Shown: positions 25,388 through 33,923 of the stretch, in pieces
How positions within the stretch are numbered: the stretch's first letter is position 1
How the letters are laid out: each line of letters begins with the position of its first letter
Virus record (IMG/VR): IMGVR_UViG_2531839666_000012
DNA: 37,013 nt
Origin: a virus
Lineage: Duplodnaviria > Heunggongvirae > Uroviricota > Caudoviricetes
Direction: 5' to 3' (one strand)
The notes under the pieces: model-generated
Database searches by the model: none
What the model was told of the DNA's origin: nothing
Seen by the model: the letters and a program-made list of their open reading frames with translations, nothing else
Position numbers and translations under genes: made by a program

Positions 25388-28300
25388 ATGGCGACGTTAC
25401 GTGAACTGATTATCAAAATTTCGGCAAATTCACAGTCATTCCAGTCGGAGATCCAGCGGGCGTCCCGTATGGGCAGTGAATATTACCGGACCCTGCAGGA
25501 TGGCGGACGTCAGGCTGCTGCGGCAGCCAGGGAGCAGCGCCGGGCTCTGGCTGAGCTGAACAGCCAGTTGACGGAAATCCGCGCTTCGGCTGTCGGAATG
25601 ACCGGTGCGTTTGCCGGTGCCTTTGCCACCGGACACCTGATTTCGCTGGCGGATGAATGGAGCTCCGTGAATGCCCGTCTGAAACAGGCGTCGCAGTCAT
25701 CGGATGAATTTTCGTCATCACAGAAAGTGCTGATGGATATCAGCCAGCGGACAGGCACCGCATTTTCGGATAATGCGGCTCTGTTTGCCCGTTCGGCTGC
25801 CTCGATGCGTGAATATGGTTACAGTGCTGATGATGTGCTGAAGGTGACGGAGGCCATTTCGACAGGGCTGAAAATTTCCGGTGCCAGTGCGGCAGAGGCG
25901 GGTTCGGTGATCACCCAGTTCAGCCAGGCGCTGGCACAGGGGGTGTTGCGCGGCGAGGAATTTAATTCGGTCAATGAAAGTGGGGACCGGATCATTCGCG
26001 CACTGGCTGCAGGCATGGGCGTGGCCCGTAAGGATCTGAAGACGATGGCGGACGATGGTCAACTGACGGCGGATAAAGTCGTTCCCGCGTTAATCAGCCA
26101 GCTGGGGATATTGCGTGATGAATATGCAGCCATGCCGGAAACGGTGTCTGACGGGATCACGAAGGTGGAAAACGCCTTTATGGCCTGGGTGGGCGGCGCG
26201 AATGAGGCCAGCGGAGCGACGAAAACGCTCTCCGGCGCACTGAACGGTGTGGCCGGAAATATTGATACCGTGGCAACAGCTGCGGGTGTGCTGGTTGCTG
26301 TCGGGGTGGCCCGGTACTTTGGTAATCTGGCTTCCGGAGCGATGTCTGCCACGGCAGGACTTGTGACCGCTGCACGTAATGAAGTGGCACTGGCTGAGGC
26401 CCAGTTAAGGGGAACGCAGATTGCCACGGCGCGGGCAAGGGCAGCCGTGTACCGGGCTCAACAGGCTGTGGCGGCAGCCCGCGGGACTGAGATGCAGATT
26501 GCGGCAGAGGCCCGTCTGGCGGTCACACAGGAACGCCTGAACAGAAATATTGCTGCCAGAACCGCCGCCCAGAATGCGCTGAACAGTACAACGGCGGTGG
26601 GCTCACGTCTGATGAGCGGTGCGCTGGGACTGGTTGGAGGCGTACCCGGACTGGTGATGCTGGGAGCTGCCGCATGGTACACGCTGTACCAGAATCAGGA
26701 ACAGGCCAGGGAGTCTGCGCGCCAGTATGCACTGACGATTGATGAAATCGCGCATAAAACGCCATCAATGTCTCTGCCTGAAGCCTCAGATAATGAAGGG
26801 CGAACACGGGAGGCGCTGACAGAGCAGAACCGGCTGATTGATGAGCAGGCCAGCCGGGTGAAATCCCTGCAGGAAAAAATCGCCGGGTATCAGTATGTGC
26901 TGGCTAATCCGGGCTGGACGACCGGTAACGGCTTTATGATAAACCATCTGACATCGGTGAAAACTGTAACGGAAGAGCTTGCTCAGGCAACAGAGCAGTT
27001 TGCTGTTGAGCAGTCCCGTCTGGCACAGATGCAGGAAAAAGCGCAGTCCATTCAGGATGTGCTTGCCGGACTGGAAGAGCGCCGTGTTGTGTTAATTCGT
27101 CAGCAGGCAGCAGAGCAGAATAAAGCGTATCAGTCACTGCTGGTCATGAACGGTCAGCATACGGAATTCAACCGCCTGCTGGGGCTGGGTAATGAACTGC
27201 TGCAACAGCGTCAGGGACTGGCGAGTGTACCGCTGCGACTGCCACAGGCCACTCTGGATGATAAACAGCAGGGCGCCCTGAATAACACAGAGCGTCAACT
27301 TGCCCTGTCCCGGCTGAAAGGGGAAGAAAAAGAGCGTGCCCGGCTGGGGTATGCGGCGGATGACCTTGGTCTGGTGGGGGATACGTATCAGGAGGCGAGG
27401 CAGCGTTACATCCGTAATTCGATGGAAGCCTGGCGCAACAATGAGGCGAATAAACCCAAATCCCGGGGCGGAAAATCTGAGACGGAAAAAGCGGAAGACA
27501 GTTTTTCCCGTCTGCTGAAGCAGCAGAAGGAACAACTGGCACTGGCAGGGAAGAATACAGAACTGGCGAAGCTGAAGTACCAGACCTCGCAGGGAGAGCT
27601 GAAAACCCTGACGGAGATACAGAAGCAGGAGCTGCTGCGCAATGCTGCCCTGATTGACCAGAAGAAAATCCGGGTGCTGTTACGGGCCCGGGAGGAGACC
27701 CTGAAAAATGATAATGCAGACGCAAGGGCATCAAATGACGCTGAGCTGCTGGGGTACGGGCAGGGTGAGCGGGTCCGTGAACGGATGCGGGAGCTGCAGC
27801 AGATTCGTGACGGCTACCGCCAGAAGGATGCGAACCTGCAGTCCCAGTATCAGACAGGGGATATCAGTGAGGATTTTTACAGACAGGCGCTGGCGCAGAA
27901 TGCGCAGTATCTGAGTGAACGCCTTAAAGACCAGGAGGCTTTTTATGCCGAATCGGATGCGCAGCGTGCTGACTGGCAGAAAGGGCTGCAGGAAGGGCTA
28001 AGTAACTGGGTGGACAGCGCATCAGATTACGCTTCACAGGCAGCACAGCTTGCGACAGACGGTATCTCAGGGATGGTGAATAACATCACGGAGATGCTGA
28101 ACGGAAATAAAGTGGAATGGCGCAGCTGGGCTGCATCAATCCTGCAGGAAATATCAAAAGTTCTTATGAATGTGGCCATTGTCAACGGCATTAAGATGGC
28201 CGCAAACAGTATGTCCGGTGCAGGAGGATTTTTCGGCAGTATAGGCAACTGGCTGGGTGGCGCGGTGGCAAATGCAAAAGGCGGCGTTTATACCTCGGCA

Positions 28301-28630
28301 AACCTGAGTGCATACAGTAACAGTATTGTGGACACGCCCACGTACTTTGCCTTTGCAAAAGGGGCAGGGCTGATGGGGGAAGCCGGACCTGAAGCCATCA
28401 TGCCCCTGACCCGGGCAGCGGATGGTTCACTCGGCGTGCGTGCGGTGGGCAGTATGAACGGCAGTGCGGGTCTGGTGTATTCCCCGGTGTACCACATTGC
28501 CATTCAGAATGACGGCGCTAACGGGCAGATAGGGCCGGAAGCGGTGGGCACCCTTGTGCAACTGATTGACCAGCGGGTACAGGCGGTGATGTTATCCATG
28601 CGTCGTGACGGAGGAATGCTGAGTGGATGA
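25388..28630 (+). CDS. H: Tail tape measure protein (lambda H-like)
   Basis: 1080 aa, Ala/Gln-rich coiled-coil composition; C-terminal region resembles recalled lambda gpH; between G/T and M. Confidence 0.9.
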   Translation: MATLRELIIKISANSQSFQSEIQRASRMGSEYYRTLQDGGRQAAAAAREQRRALAELNSQLTEIRASAVGMTGAFAGAFATGHLISLADEWSSVNARLKQASQSSDEFSSSQKVLMDISQRTGTAFSDNAALFARSAASMREYGYSADDVLKVTEAISTGLKISGASAAEAGSVITQFSQALAQGVLRGEEFNSVNESGDRIIRALAAGMGVARKDLKTMADDGQLTADKVVPALISQLGILRDEYAAMPETVSDGITKVENAFMAWVGGANEASGATKTLSGALNGVAGNIDTVATAAGVLVAVGVARYFGNLASGAMSATAGLVTAARNEVALAEAQLRGTQIATARARAAVYRAQQAVAAARGTEMQIAAEARLAVTQERLNRNIAARTAAQNALNSTTAVGSRLMSGALGLVGGVPGLVMLGAAAWYTLYQNQEQARESARQYALTIDEIAHKTPSMSLPEASDNEGRTREALTEQNRLIDEQASRVKSLQEKIAGYQYVLANPGWTTGNGFMINHLTSVKTVTEELAQATEQFAVEQSRLAQMQEKAQSIQDVLAGLEERRVVLIRQQAAEQNKAYQSLLVMNGQHTEFNRLLGLGNELLQQRQGLASVPLRLPQATLDDKQQGALNNTERQLALSRLKGEEKERARLGYAADDLGLVGDTYQEARQRYIRNSMEAWRNNEANKPKSRGGKSETEKAEDSFSRLLKQQKEQLALAGKNTELAKLKYQTSQGELKTLTEIQKQELLRNAALIDQKKIRVLLRAREETLKNDNADARASNDAELLGYGQGERVRERMRELQQIRDGYRQKDANLQSQYQTGDISEDFYRQALAQNAQYLSERLKDQEAFYAESDAQRADWQKGLQEGLSNWVDSASDYASQAAQLATDGISGMVNNITEMLNGNKVEWRSWAASILQEISKVLMNVAIVNGIKMAANSMSGAGGFFGSIGNWLGGAVANAKGGVYTSANLSAYSNSIVDTPTYFAFAKGAGLMGEAGPEAIMPLTRAADGSLGVRAVGSMNGSAGLVYSPVYHIAIQNDGANGQIGPEAVGTLVQLIDQRVQAVMLSMRRDGGMLSG

Positions 28631-28964
28631 GATTAAGACCCTTCACTGGTGTCCCCGGGAAGGGATGCAGGTGACGGAGAAACCGTCGGTGGTGACGGTG
28701 AAGTTTGGCGACGGTTATCAGCAACGTCGTCCGGCAGGACTGAATGCGCAACTGAAGACCTTTCAGGTGGTTTTTCGGGTGACAACGGATGCTGAGCGGG
28801 AGGCACTGTCCGCGTTTCTGTCATGGCATGGTGGTTACCGGGCTTTTTTGTGGAAGCCCCCGAAACATAACCGGACGGTCAGGGTGGTGTGCCGGGAGTG
28901 GAGTATTACGGATAACGCCCGGTACAGTGATTTCAGTTGCACGATAGAGCAGGTAGTCAGATGA
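28623..28964 (+). CDS. M: Minor tail protein M
   Basis: 113 aa matching recalled lambda gpM (VKFGDGYQQRRPAGLNAQLKT, HGGYRAFLWKPP, EQVV). Confidence 0.85.
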   Translation: MDEIKTLHWCPREGMQVTEKPSVVTVKFGDGYQQRRPAGLNAQLKTFQVVFRVTTDAEREALSAFLSWHGGYRAFLWKPPKHNRTVRVVCREWSITDNARYSDFSCTIEQVVR

Positions 28965-29048
28965 GAATTATCCTATAAATCACTCTTTATTGTTTAGTTG
29001 TTAATTATTTTTAATCTGTCTTGTCAGAAAGTGCGAAATCGATCTTGT

Positions 29049-29068
29049 ATTTACATTTTGTTACATAA
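29049..29068 (+). promoter_or_regulatory. OmpR-box-like element upstream of the porin gene
   Basis: TTTACATTTTGTTACATAAT in an AT-rich leader closely resembles the ompC/ompF OmpR-binding consensus. Confidence 0.4.
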
Positions 29069-29162
29069 TATAAATTGAACTAAGAATTTGTATTAAAATA
29101 TTTTAATTTTTGTTCATGACATCTGAATGCATGAATAGTTCAGTTTAAATAAGGATTAAATC

Positions 29163-30317
29163 ATGAAAAAAACGACAGTGGCACTTTCTGCTGTAGCAGT
29201 GGCAGTGATGTTTGCTGCGGGGGCGCAGGCAGCAGAAGTTTATAATAAAGATGGTAATAAACTGGATCTTTACGGGCGTGTAACCGCTCTGCATTACTTC
29301 TCGGATGATAAAGGTAATGACGGAGACCAGACTTATGCTCGTCTCGGCTTTAAAGGCGAAACGCAGATTAATGATCAACTGACCGGATTTGGTCAGTGGG
29401 AATACCAGTTCTCTGGTAACAAAACGGAATCTGAAGGTTCCGCGGGAAATAAAACCCGTCTGGCATTTGCAGGTCTGAGATTTGCAGATGTTGGTACCAT
29501 TGATTACGGACGTAACTATGGTATTGCTTATGATGTCGGATCATATACTGACGTACTGCCTGAGTTTGGTGGTGATGGCTGGACGCAGACCGATAACTTT
29601 ATGACGGCCCGAACTTCCGGTGTCCTGACTTACCGTAATACAGACTTCTTCGGGCTGGTTGATGGTCTGAATTTTGCGGCGCAGTATCAGGGCAAAAATG
29701 AGCGTGATGACCTTCAGAAGGCTAATGGCGACGGGTATGGTTTCTCGGCCAGCTATGAGTTTGATGGTTTTGGTTTTGTCGCTGCGTATACCAAGTCAGA
29801 TCGTACCGATAAGCAGGTTCAGGGGTTGAATGGTACTGCAGATGTTCTTGATCCTGAATCAGGTAAAAAGGTTGGAGAAAAAACAGTTGACTCAGGTAGT
29901 GTGGCAAAAGGTAAACATGCTGAATTCTGGGGAACTGGTCTTAAATATGATGCCAATAACCTGTATCTGGCAGCAGTGTATTCTGAAACCCAGAATATGA
30001 CGACCTTTGGTGATCAAGGTGTTGCGGATAAAGCTCAGAATATCGAAGCCGTTGTTCAGTATCAGTTTGATTTTGGTCTGCGCCCGTCCCTTGCCTACCT
30101 TCAGTCCCGCGGACAGGATGTTATGGTTGGTGGTGTGAACCATGGCGATCAGGATCTGGTTAAATATATTGATGTCGGTGCGACTTATTACTTTAACAAG
30201 AATATGTCCACCTATGTTGATTATAAAATTAACCTGATTGATGAAAGTGAATTTACCCGGAAAGCCGGTGTTGCGACAGATAATATCGTTGCTGTGGGTA
30301 TGACTTATCAGTTCTGA
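29163..30317 (+). CDS. Outer-membrane general porin, OmpC/OmpF/NmpC/Lc family (phage moron)
   Basis: 384 aa; signal peptide [38 protein letters not shown], the PEFGGD L3-loop signature, and terminal MTYQF. Confidence 0.9.
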   Translation: MKKTTVALSAVAVAVMFAAGAQAAEVYNKDGNKLDLYGRVTALHYFSDDKGNDGDQTYARLGFKGETQINDQLTGFGQWEYQFSGNKTESEGSAGNKTRLAFAGLRFADVGTIDYGRNYGIAYDVGSYTDVLPEFGGDGWTQTDNFMTARTSGVLTYRNTDFFGLVDGLNFAAQYQGKNERDDLQKANGDGYGFSASYEFDGFGFVAAYTKSDRTDKQVQGLNGTADVLDPESGKKVGEKTVDSGSVAKGKHAEFWGTGLKYDANNLYLAAVYSETQNMTTFGDQGVADKAQNIEAVVQYQFDFGLRPSLAYLQSRGQDVMVGGVNHGDQDLVKYIDVGATYYFNKNMSTYVDYKINLIDESEFTRKAGVATDNIVAVGMTYQF

Positions 30318-30490
30318 TTATTGCTGATAAGTTAATAAATACGGGCCGTCTGCCCTTACAGGCGGCCTGTATCAATGAAAACACAGTTTTCATTGGTCAC
30401 TGCGATCAGCAATTGCCATCTGGCATGTGCTGATTTAACTTTCTGTTATTACCTTTATTGGTTTTATTTTAAATTGGACTTTTATTGTTC

Positions 30491-30514
30491 GGGGCGCGTC
30501 TGCGCCCCTTTTTT
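30491..30514 (+). terminator. Strong rho-independent terminator between the porin moron and L
   Basis: Stem GGGGCGC/GCGCCCC with loop gtct, followed by TTTTTT. Confidence 0.55.
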
Positions 30515-30526
30515 ATGGGCGGATAT

Positions 30527-31225
30527 ATGCAGGATATTCACGAAGAAAGCCTGAACGAGTCGGTTAAGTCAGAGCAGTCACCGCGGGTGGTGCTCTGGGA
30601 AATCGACCTGACGGTGCAGGGCGGTGAGCGGTATTTTTTCTGCAATGAGCTGAATGAAAAAGGGGAGCCGGTGACCTGGCAGGGGCGTGAATATCAGGCG
30701 TACCCGATTGAGGGCAGCGGCTTTGAGATGAACGGAAAGGGCAGCAGTGCCCGCCCGTCGCTGACGGTGTCCAATCTTTTCGGGCTGGTCACCGGGATGG
30801 CGGAGGATTTGCAGAGCCTGGTGGGTGCCACGGTGGTCCGTCGCCGGGTGTATGCGCGTTTTCTGGATGCGGTGAATTTTGTGGCAGGCAATCCTGAGGC
30901 AGACCCGGAGCAGGAGCTGACGGACCGGTGGGTGGTGGAGCAGATGTCATCGCTGACGGCCATGACGGCCTCGTTTGTGCTGGCGACACCGACGGAGACG
31001 GACGGTGCGCTGTTTCCCGGTCGCATCATGCTGGCGAACACCTGTATGTGGGATTACCGGGGCGATGAGTGCGGGTATAACGGTCCGGCAGTGGCGGATG
31101 AGTTCGACAACCCCACCACGGATATCCGGAAGGACAGATGCAGTAAATGCATGCGCGGGTGTGAGATGCGCGGCATGGCGGTCAATTTTGGCGGTTTCCT
31201 TTCCATCAATAAACTTTCGCAGTAA
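30527..31225 (+). CDS. L: Minor tail protein L
   Basis: Near-colinear match to recalled lambda gpL (MQDI..E.LNE, VVLWEIDL, GERYFFCNE, RIMLANTC.W.YRGDECGY.GPAVADE, FGGFLSINKLSQ). Confidence 0.9.
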   Translation: MQDIHEESLNESVKSEQSPRVVLWEIDLTVQGGERYFFCNELNEKGEPVTWQGREYQAYPIEGSGFEMNGKGSSARPSLTVSNLFGLVTGMAEDLQSLVGATVVRRRVYARFLDAVNFVAGNPEADPEQELTDRWVVEQMSSLTAMTASFVLATPTETDGALFPGRIMLANTCMWDYRGDECGYNGPAVADEFDNPTTDIRKDRCSKCMRGCEMRGMAVNFGGFLSINKLSQ

Positions 31226-31235
31226 ATCCCGTTTT

Positions 31236-31979
31236 ATGACACAGACTGAATCAGCGATTCTGGTGCATGCCCGGCGGTGTGCGCCAGCGGAGTCGTGCGG
31301 CTTCGTGATAAGCACCCCGGAGGGCGAACGGTACCTGCCCTGCGTGAATATCTCCGCAGAGCCGGAGGCGTATTTTCGTATTGCACCGGAAGACTGGCTG
31401 CAGGCACAGATGCAGGGGGAGATTGTGGCGCTGGTCCACAGTCATCCCGGTGGACTGCCCTGGCTGAGCGAGGCTGACCGGCGGCTGCAGATAAAGAGTG
31501 CCCTGCCCTGGTGGCTGGTCTGCCGGGGTGAAATTCACCGGTTCCGCTGTGTGCCGCACCTGACCGGACGGCGCTTTGAACACGGTGTGACGGACTGTTA
31601 CACCCTGTTCCGGGATGCATACCATCTGGCGGGGATAACGCTGCCGGATTTTGTGCGTGAGGATGACTGGTGGCGCAACGGCCAGAACCTGTACCTGGAC
31701 AACCTGGCGGACAACGGCTTTTACCGGGTGTCTCCGTCCTGTGCACAGGCGGGCGATATCCTGCTGTGCTGCTTTGGCGCATCGGTGCCGAATCATGCCG
31801 CCATTTACTGTGGCAACGGTGAACTGCTTCACCATATACCTGAACAACTGAGTAAACGGGAGAGGTATTCTGAAAAATGGCAACGACGAACGCATTCTGT
31901 CTGGCGTCACCGCCACTGGTCCGCATCTGCCTTCACGGGGATTTACAACGATTTGGTCGCCGCATCAGCCTGTATGTGA
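31236..31979 (+). CDS. K: Tail assembly protein K (MPN/JAB plus NlpC/P60-like)
   Basis: MTQTESAIL.HARRCAPAESCGFV.STPEGERY.PCVNIS, VALVHSHPGGLPWLSEADRRLQ and HGVTDCYTLFRDAYHLAGI match recalled lambda gpK. Confidence 0.9.
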   Translation: MTQTESAILVHARRCAPAESCGFVISTPEGERYLPCVNISAEPEAYFRIAPEDWLQAQMQGEIVALVHSHPGGLPWLSEADRRLQIKSALPWWLVCRGEIHRFRCVPHLTGRRFEHGVTDCYTLFRDAYHLAGITLPDFVREDDWWRNGQNLYLDNLADNGFYRVSPSCAQAGDILLCCFGASVPNHAAIYCGNGELLHHIPEQLSKRERYSEKWQRRTHSVWRHRHWSASAFTGIYNDLVAASACM

Positions 31980-32515
31980 ACACGGCAGCGGAGGCCATCC
32001 GTGCCCTGTCGCTGCAGGTGCCGGGATTCCGCTGTCAGATGAACGAAGGATGGTATCAGATACGCATTGCGGGCAGGGATGTATCTGAACAGGAGCTTCA
32101 TTCCAGAGTATGTGAGCCGTTGAATGACGGGGATGTTATCCATCTGGTGCCCCGGACGGAGGGGGCAAAAAACGGCGGTGTTCTTCAGGTGGTGGCCGGT
32201 GCTGTTCTGGCTGTTGTGGGATATGTGTTCAGCTGGACCGGTATTGGTGCTGTCATCGGTAATCTTGGGGTGGCCATGATGGTGGGGGGTATCACGCAGA
32301 TGCTCACCCCCAGGGCGAAAACACCGTCTGCCACGACAACAGATAATGGTAAACGGAACACGTATTTTTCGTCACTGGACAACATGATTGCCCAGGGTAA
32401 CCCGATGCCGGTGCCTTACGGTGAAATGCTGGTTGGTTCACGACGGATATCCCAGGACATCAGCACCCGTGATGAGGGCGGAGACGGGAAAGTGGTGGTT
32501 ATCGGGCGGGGATAA
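31877..32515 (+). CDS. I: Tail assembly protein I
   Basis: LASP...RICL.GDLQRFGRRI, WYQ.RIAGRDVS, TTDNGK.NTYFSSLDNM.AQGN and GEM.VGSR match recalled lambda gpI. Confidence 0.85.
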   Translation: MATTNAFCLASPPLVRICLHGDLQRFGRRISLYVNTAAEAIRALSLQVPGFRCQMNEGWYQIRIAGRDVSEQELHSRVCEPLNDGDVIHLVPRTEGAKNGGVLQVVAGAVLAVVGYVFSWTGIGAVIGNLGVAMMVGGITQMLTPRAKTPSATTTDNGKRNTYFSSLDNMIAQGNPMPVPYGEMLVGSRRISQDISTRDEGGDGKVVVIGRG

Positions 32516-33190
32516 AAATAAAAAATCCCGCAGAGTTAGTGGAGCTGCGGGAAATAACGATGAAGATTAATGTTATGGAGTTATTTCTTTGGGCAGAAAA
32601 ACATTAACGCAGCGAAATTATAAGCGCTACATGGATTTTGCGAAAATGTGAAGAAATTCAGAAATTTTTTGCTGCAGAGGTGCAGGGAGCTTGCCGGGTA
32701 TCTGTGGCAGAAGACAGAAAACATCATGCCGGGGTTAAGGGATAAAAAAATCCCGCAGAGTTAGCGGAGCTGCGGGACAGAACCGATGAAGATTAACGTT
32801 CAAGGAGTTTTGTTTTTATTGACCCGAAAAAACTGTAACGCCCCGGAATGATATCTGCCATGGGGACGCACAGGAAATGTGAAGAAATTCAGACTTTTTC
32901 TGTCGCAGGTTTACAGAACGGATTACCGCCGGGGTACCAGTGGCGTAAATGAGCCGGATGTTGTGGTGCGGCTGAAGCAAAAAAATCTCCCGTAATATCG
33001 CCGGATACTGACGGGAGACGAATAGTCACCTTAAGGAGGTCTGATAATTATTGCTTTTATTGAGCAAAAAAACTGTAACGCTGCATCATTATAGCGGCTA
33101 CAGGCAATTGCCGGAAATGTGAAGAATTTCAGAAATTTTATTCCGTCATGACACAGGCACCCTCCGGGGTGCCTGTTGTTTTTGGGCATA
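32516..33190. repeat. Three tandem sRNA-like modules between I and J
   Basis: Each module has a minus-strand terminator (hairpins 32527-32551, 32752-32776, 32987-33017, with T-runs on the minus strand), a minus-strand -10 hexamer about 70 bp to the right (TATAAT 32617-32622, TATCAT 32848-32853, TATAAT 33088-33093) and a conserved box GGAAATGTGAAGAAATTCAGAAATTTT; a plus-strand terminator lies at 33154-33183. Confidence 0.55.
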
Positions 33191-33226
33191 AACAGATTCA
33201 GACATCAGACAGGAGAGGGGGACAGA

Positions 33227-33923
33227 GTGGGTAAAGGGGGCGGCAAGGGGGCACACACCGCGTGAGGCGAAGGACAATCTCAAATCCACGCAGATGATGA
33301 GCGTGATTGATGCCATTGGTGAGGGACCGGTGGAAGGTCCGGTGAAGGGACTGCAGAGTATTCTGGTGAACAAAACCCCGCTGACGGACACGGACGGTAA
33401 TCCCGTGATACACGGTGTGACCGCCGTCTGGCGCGCCGGGGAGCAGGAGCAGACACCGCCGGAAGGCTTTGAGTCCTCCGGGGCAGAAACCGCACTGGGC
33501 GTGGAGGTGACGAAGGCAAAGCCGGTGACGCGCACCATCACGTCAGCGAACATTGACCGTCTGCGGGTCACCTTCGGGGTACAGTCACTGGTGGAGACCA
33601 CCTCAAAGGGTGACCGTAATCCCTCTTCTGTCCGCCTGCTGATTCAGCTTGAGTGTAACGGGCACTGGGTGACGGAGAAGGATATCACCATTAACGGCAA
33701 GACCACCTCGCAGTACCTGACGTCTGTGATTCTGAATAATCTCCCTGAGCGCCCCTTTAACATCCGGATGGTCAGGGAGACGGCGGACAGCACCACGGAC
33801 CAGCTGCAGAACAGAACGCTGTGGTCGTCATACACCGAAATCATCGATGTGAAACAGTGCTGCCGAACACGGCCATTGTGGGGCTGCAGGTGGATGCGGA
33901 GCAGTTTGGTGGCCAGCAGCTGA
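33227..33923 (+). pseudogene. J: Tail tip / host specificity protein J, N-terminal part (frame disrupted)
   Basis: GTG 33227 with SD AGGAGA reads MGKGGGKGAHTA* and hits a stop after 12 codons; the J-like frame (HTPREAKDNLKSTQ.MSVIDAI...) is +1 from the G5 run at 33247-33251 and shifts again near 33862. Confidence 0.75.

Noticed and set aside
30485-30526. Upstream extension of L (track start at 30485)
   Set aside because: The extension spans the terminator hairpin at 30491-30514 and has no homology; ATG 30527 matches the lambda gpL N-terminus MQDI..E.
31234-31926. Two overlapping minus-strand ORFs of 221-230 aa
   Set aside because: Antisense to K and I, both strongly supported on the plus strand; Pro/Arg-rich shadow translation.
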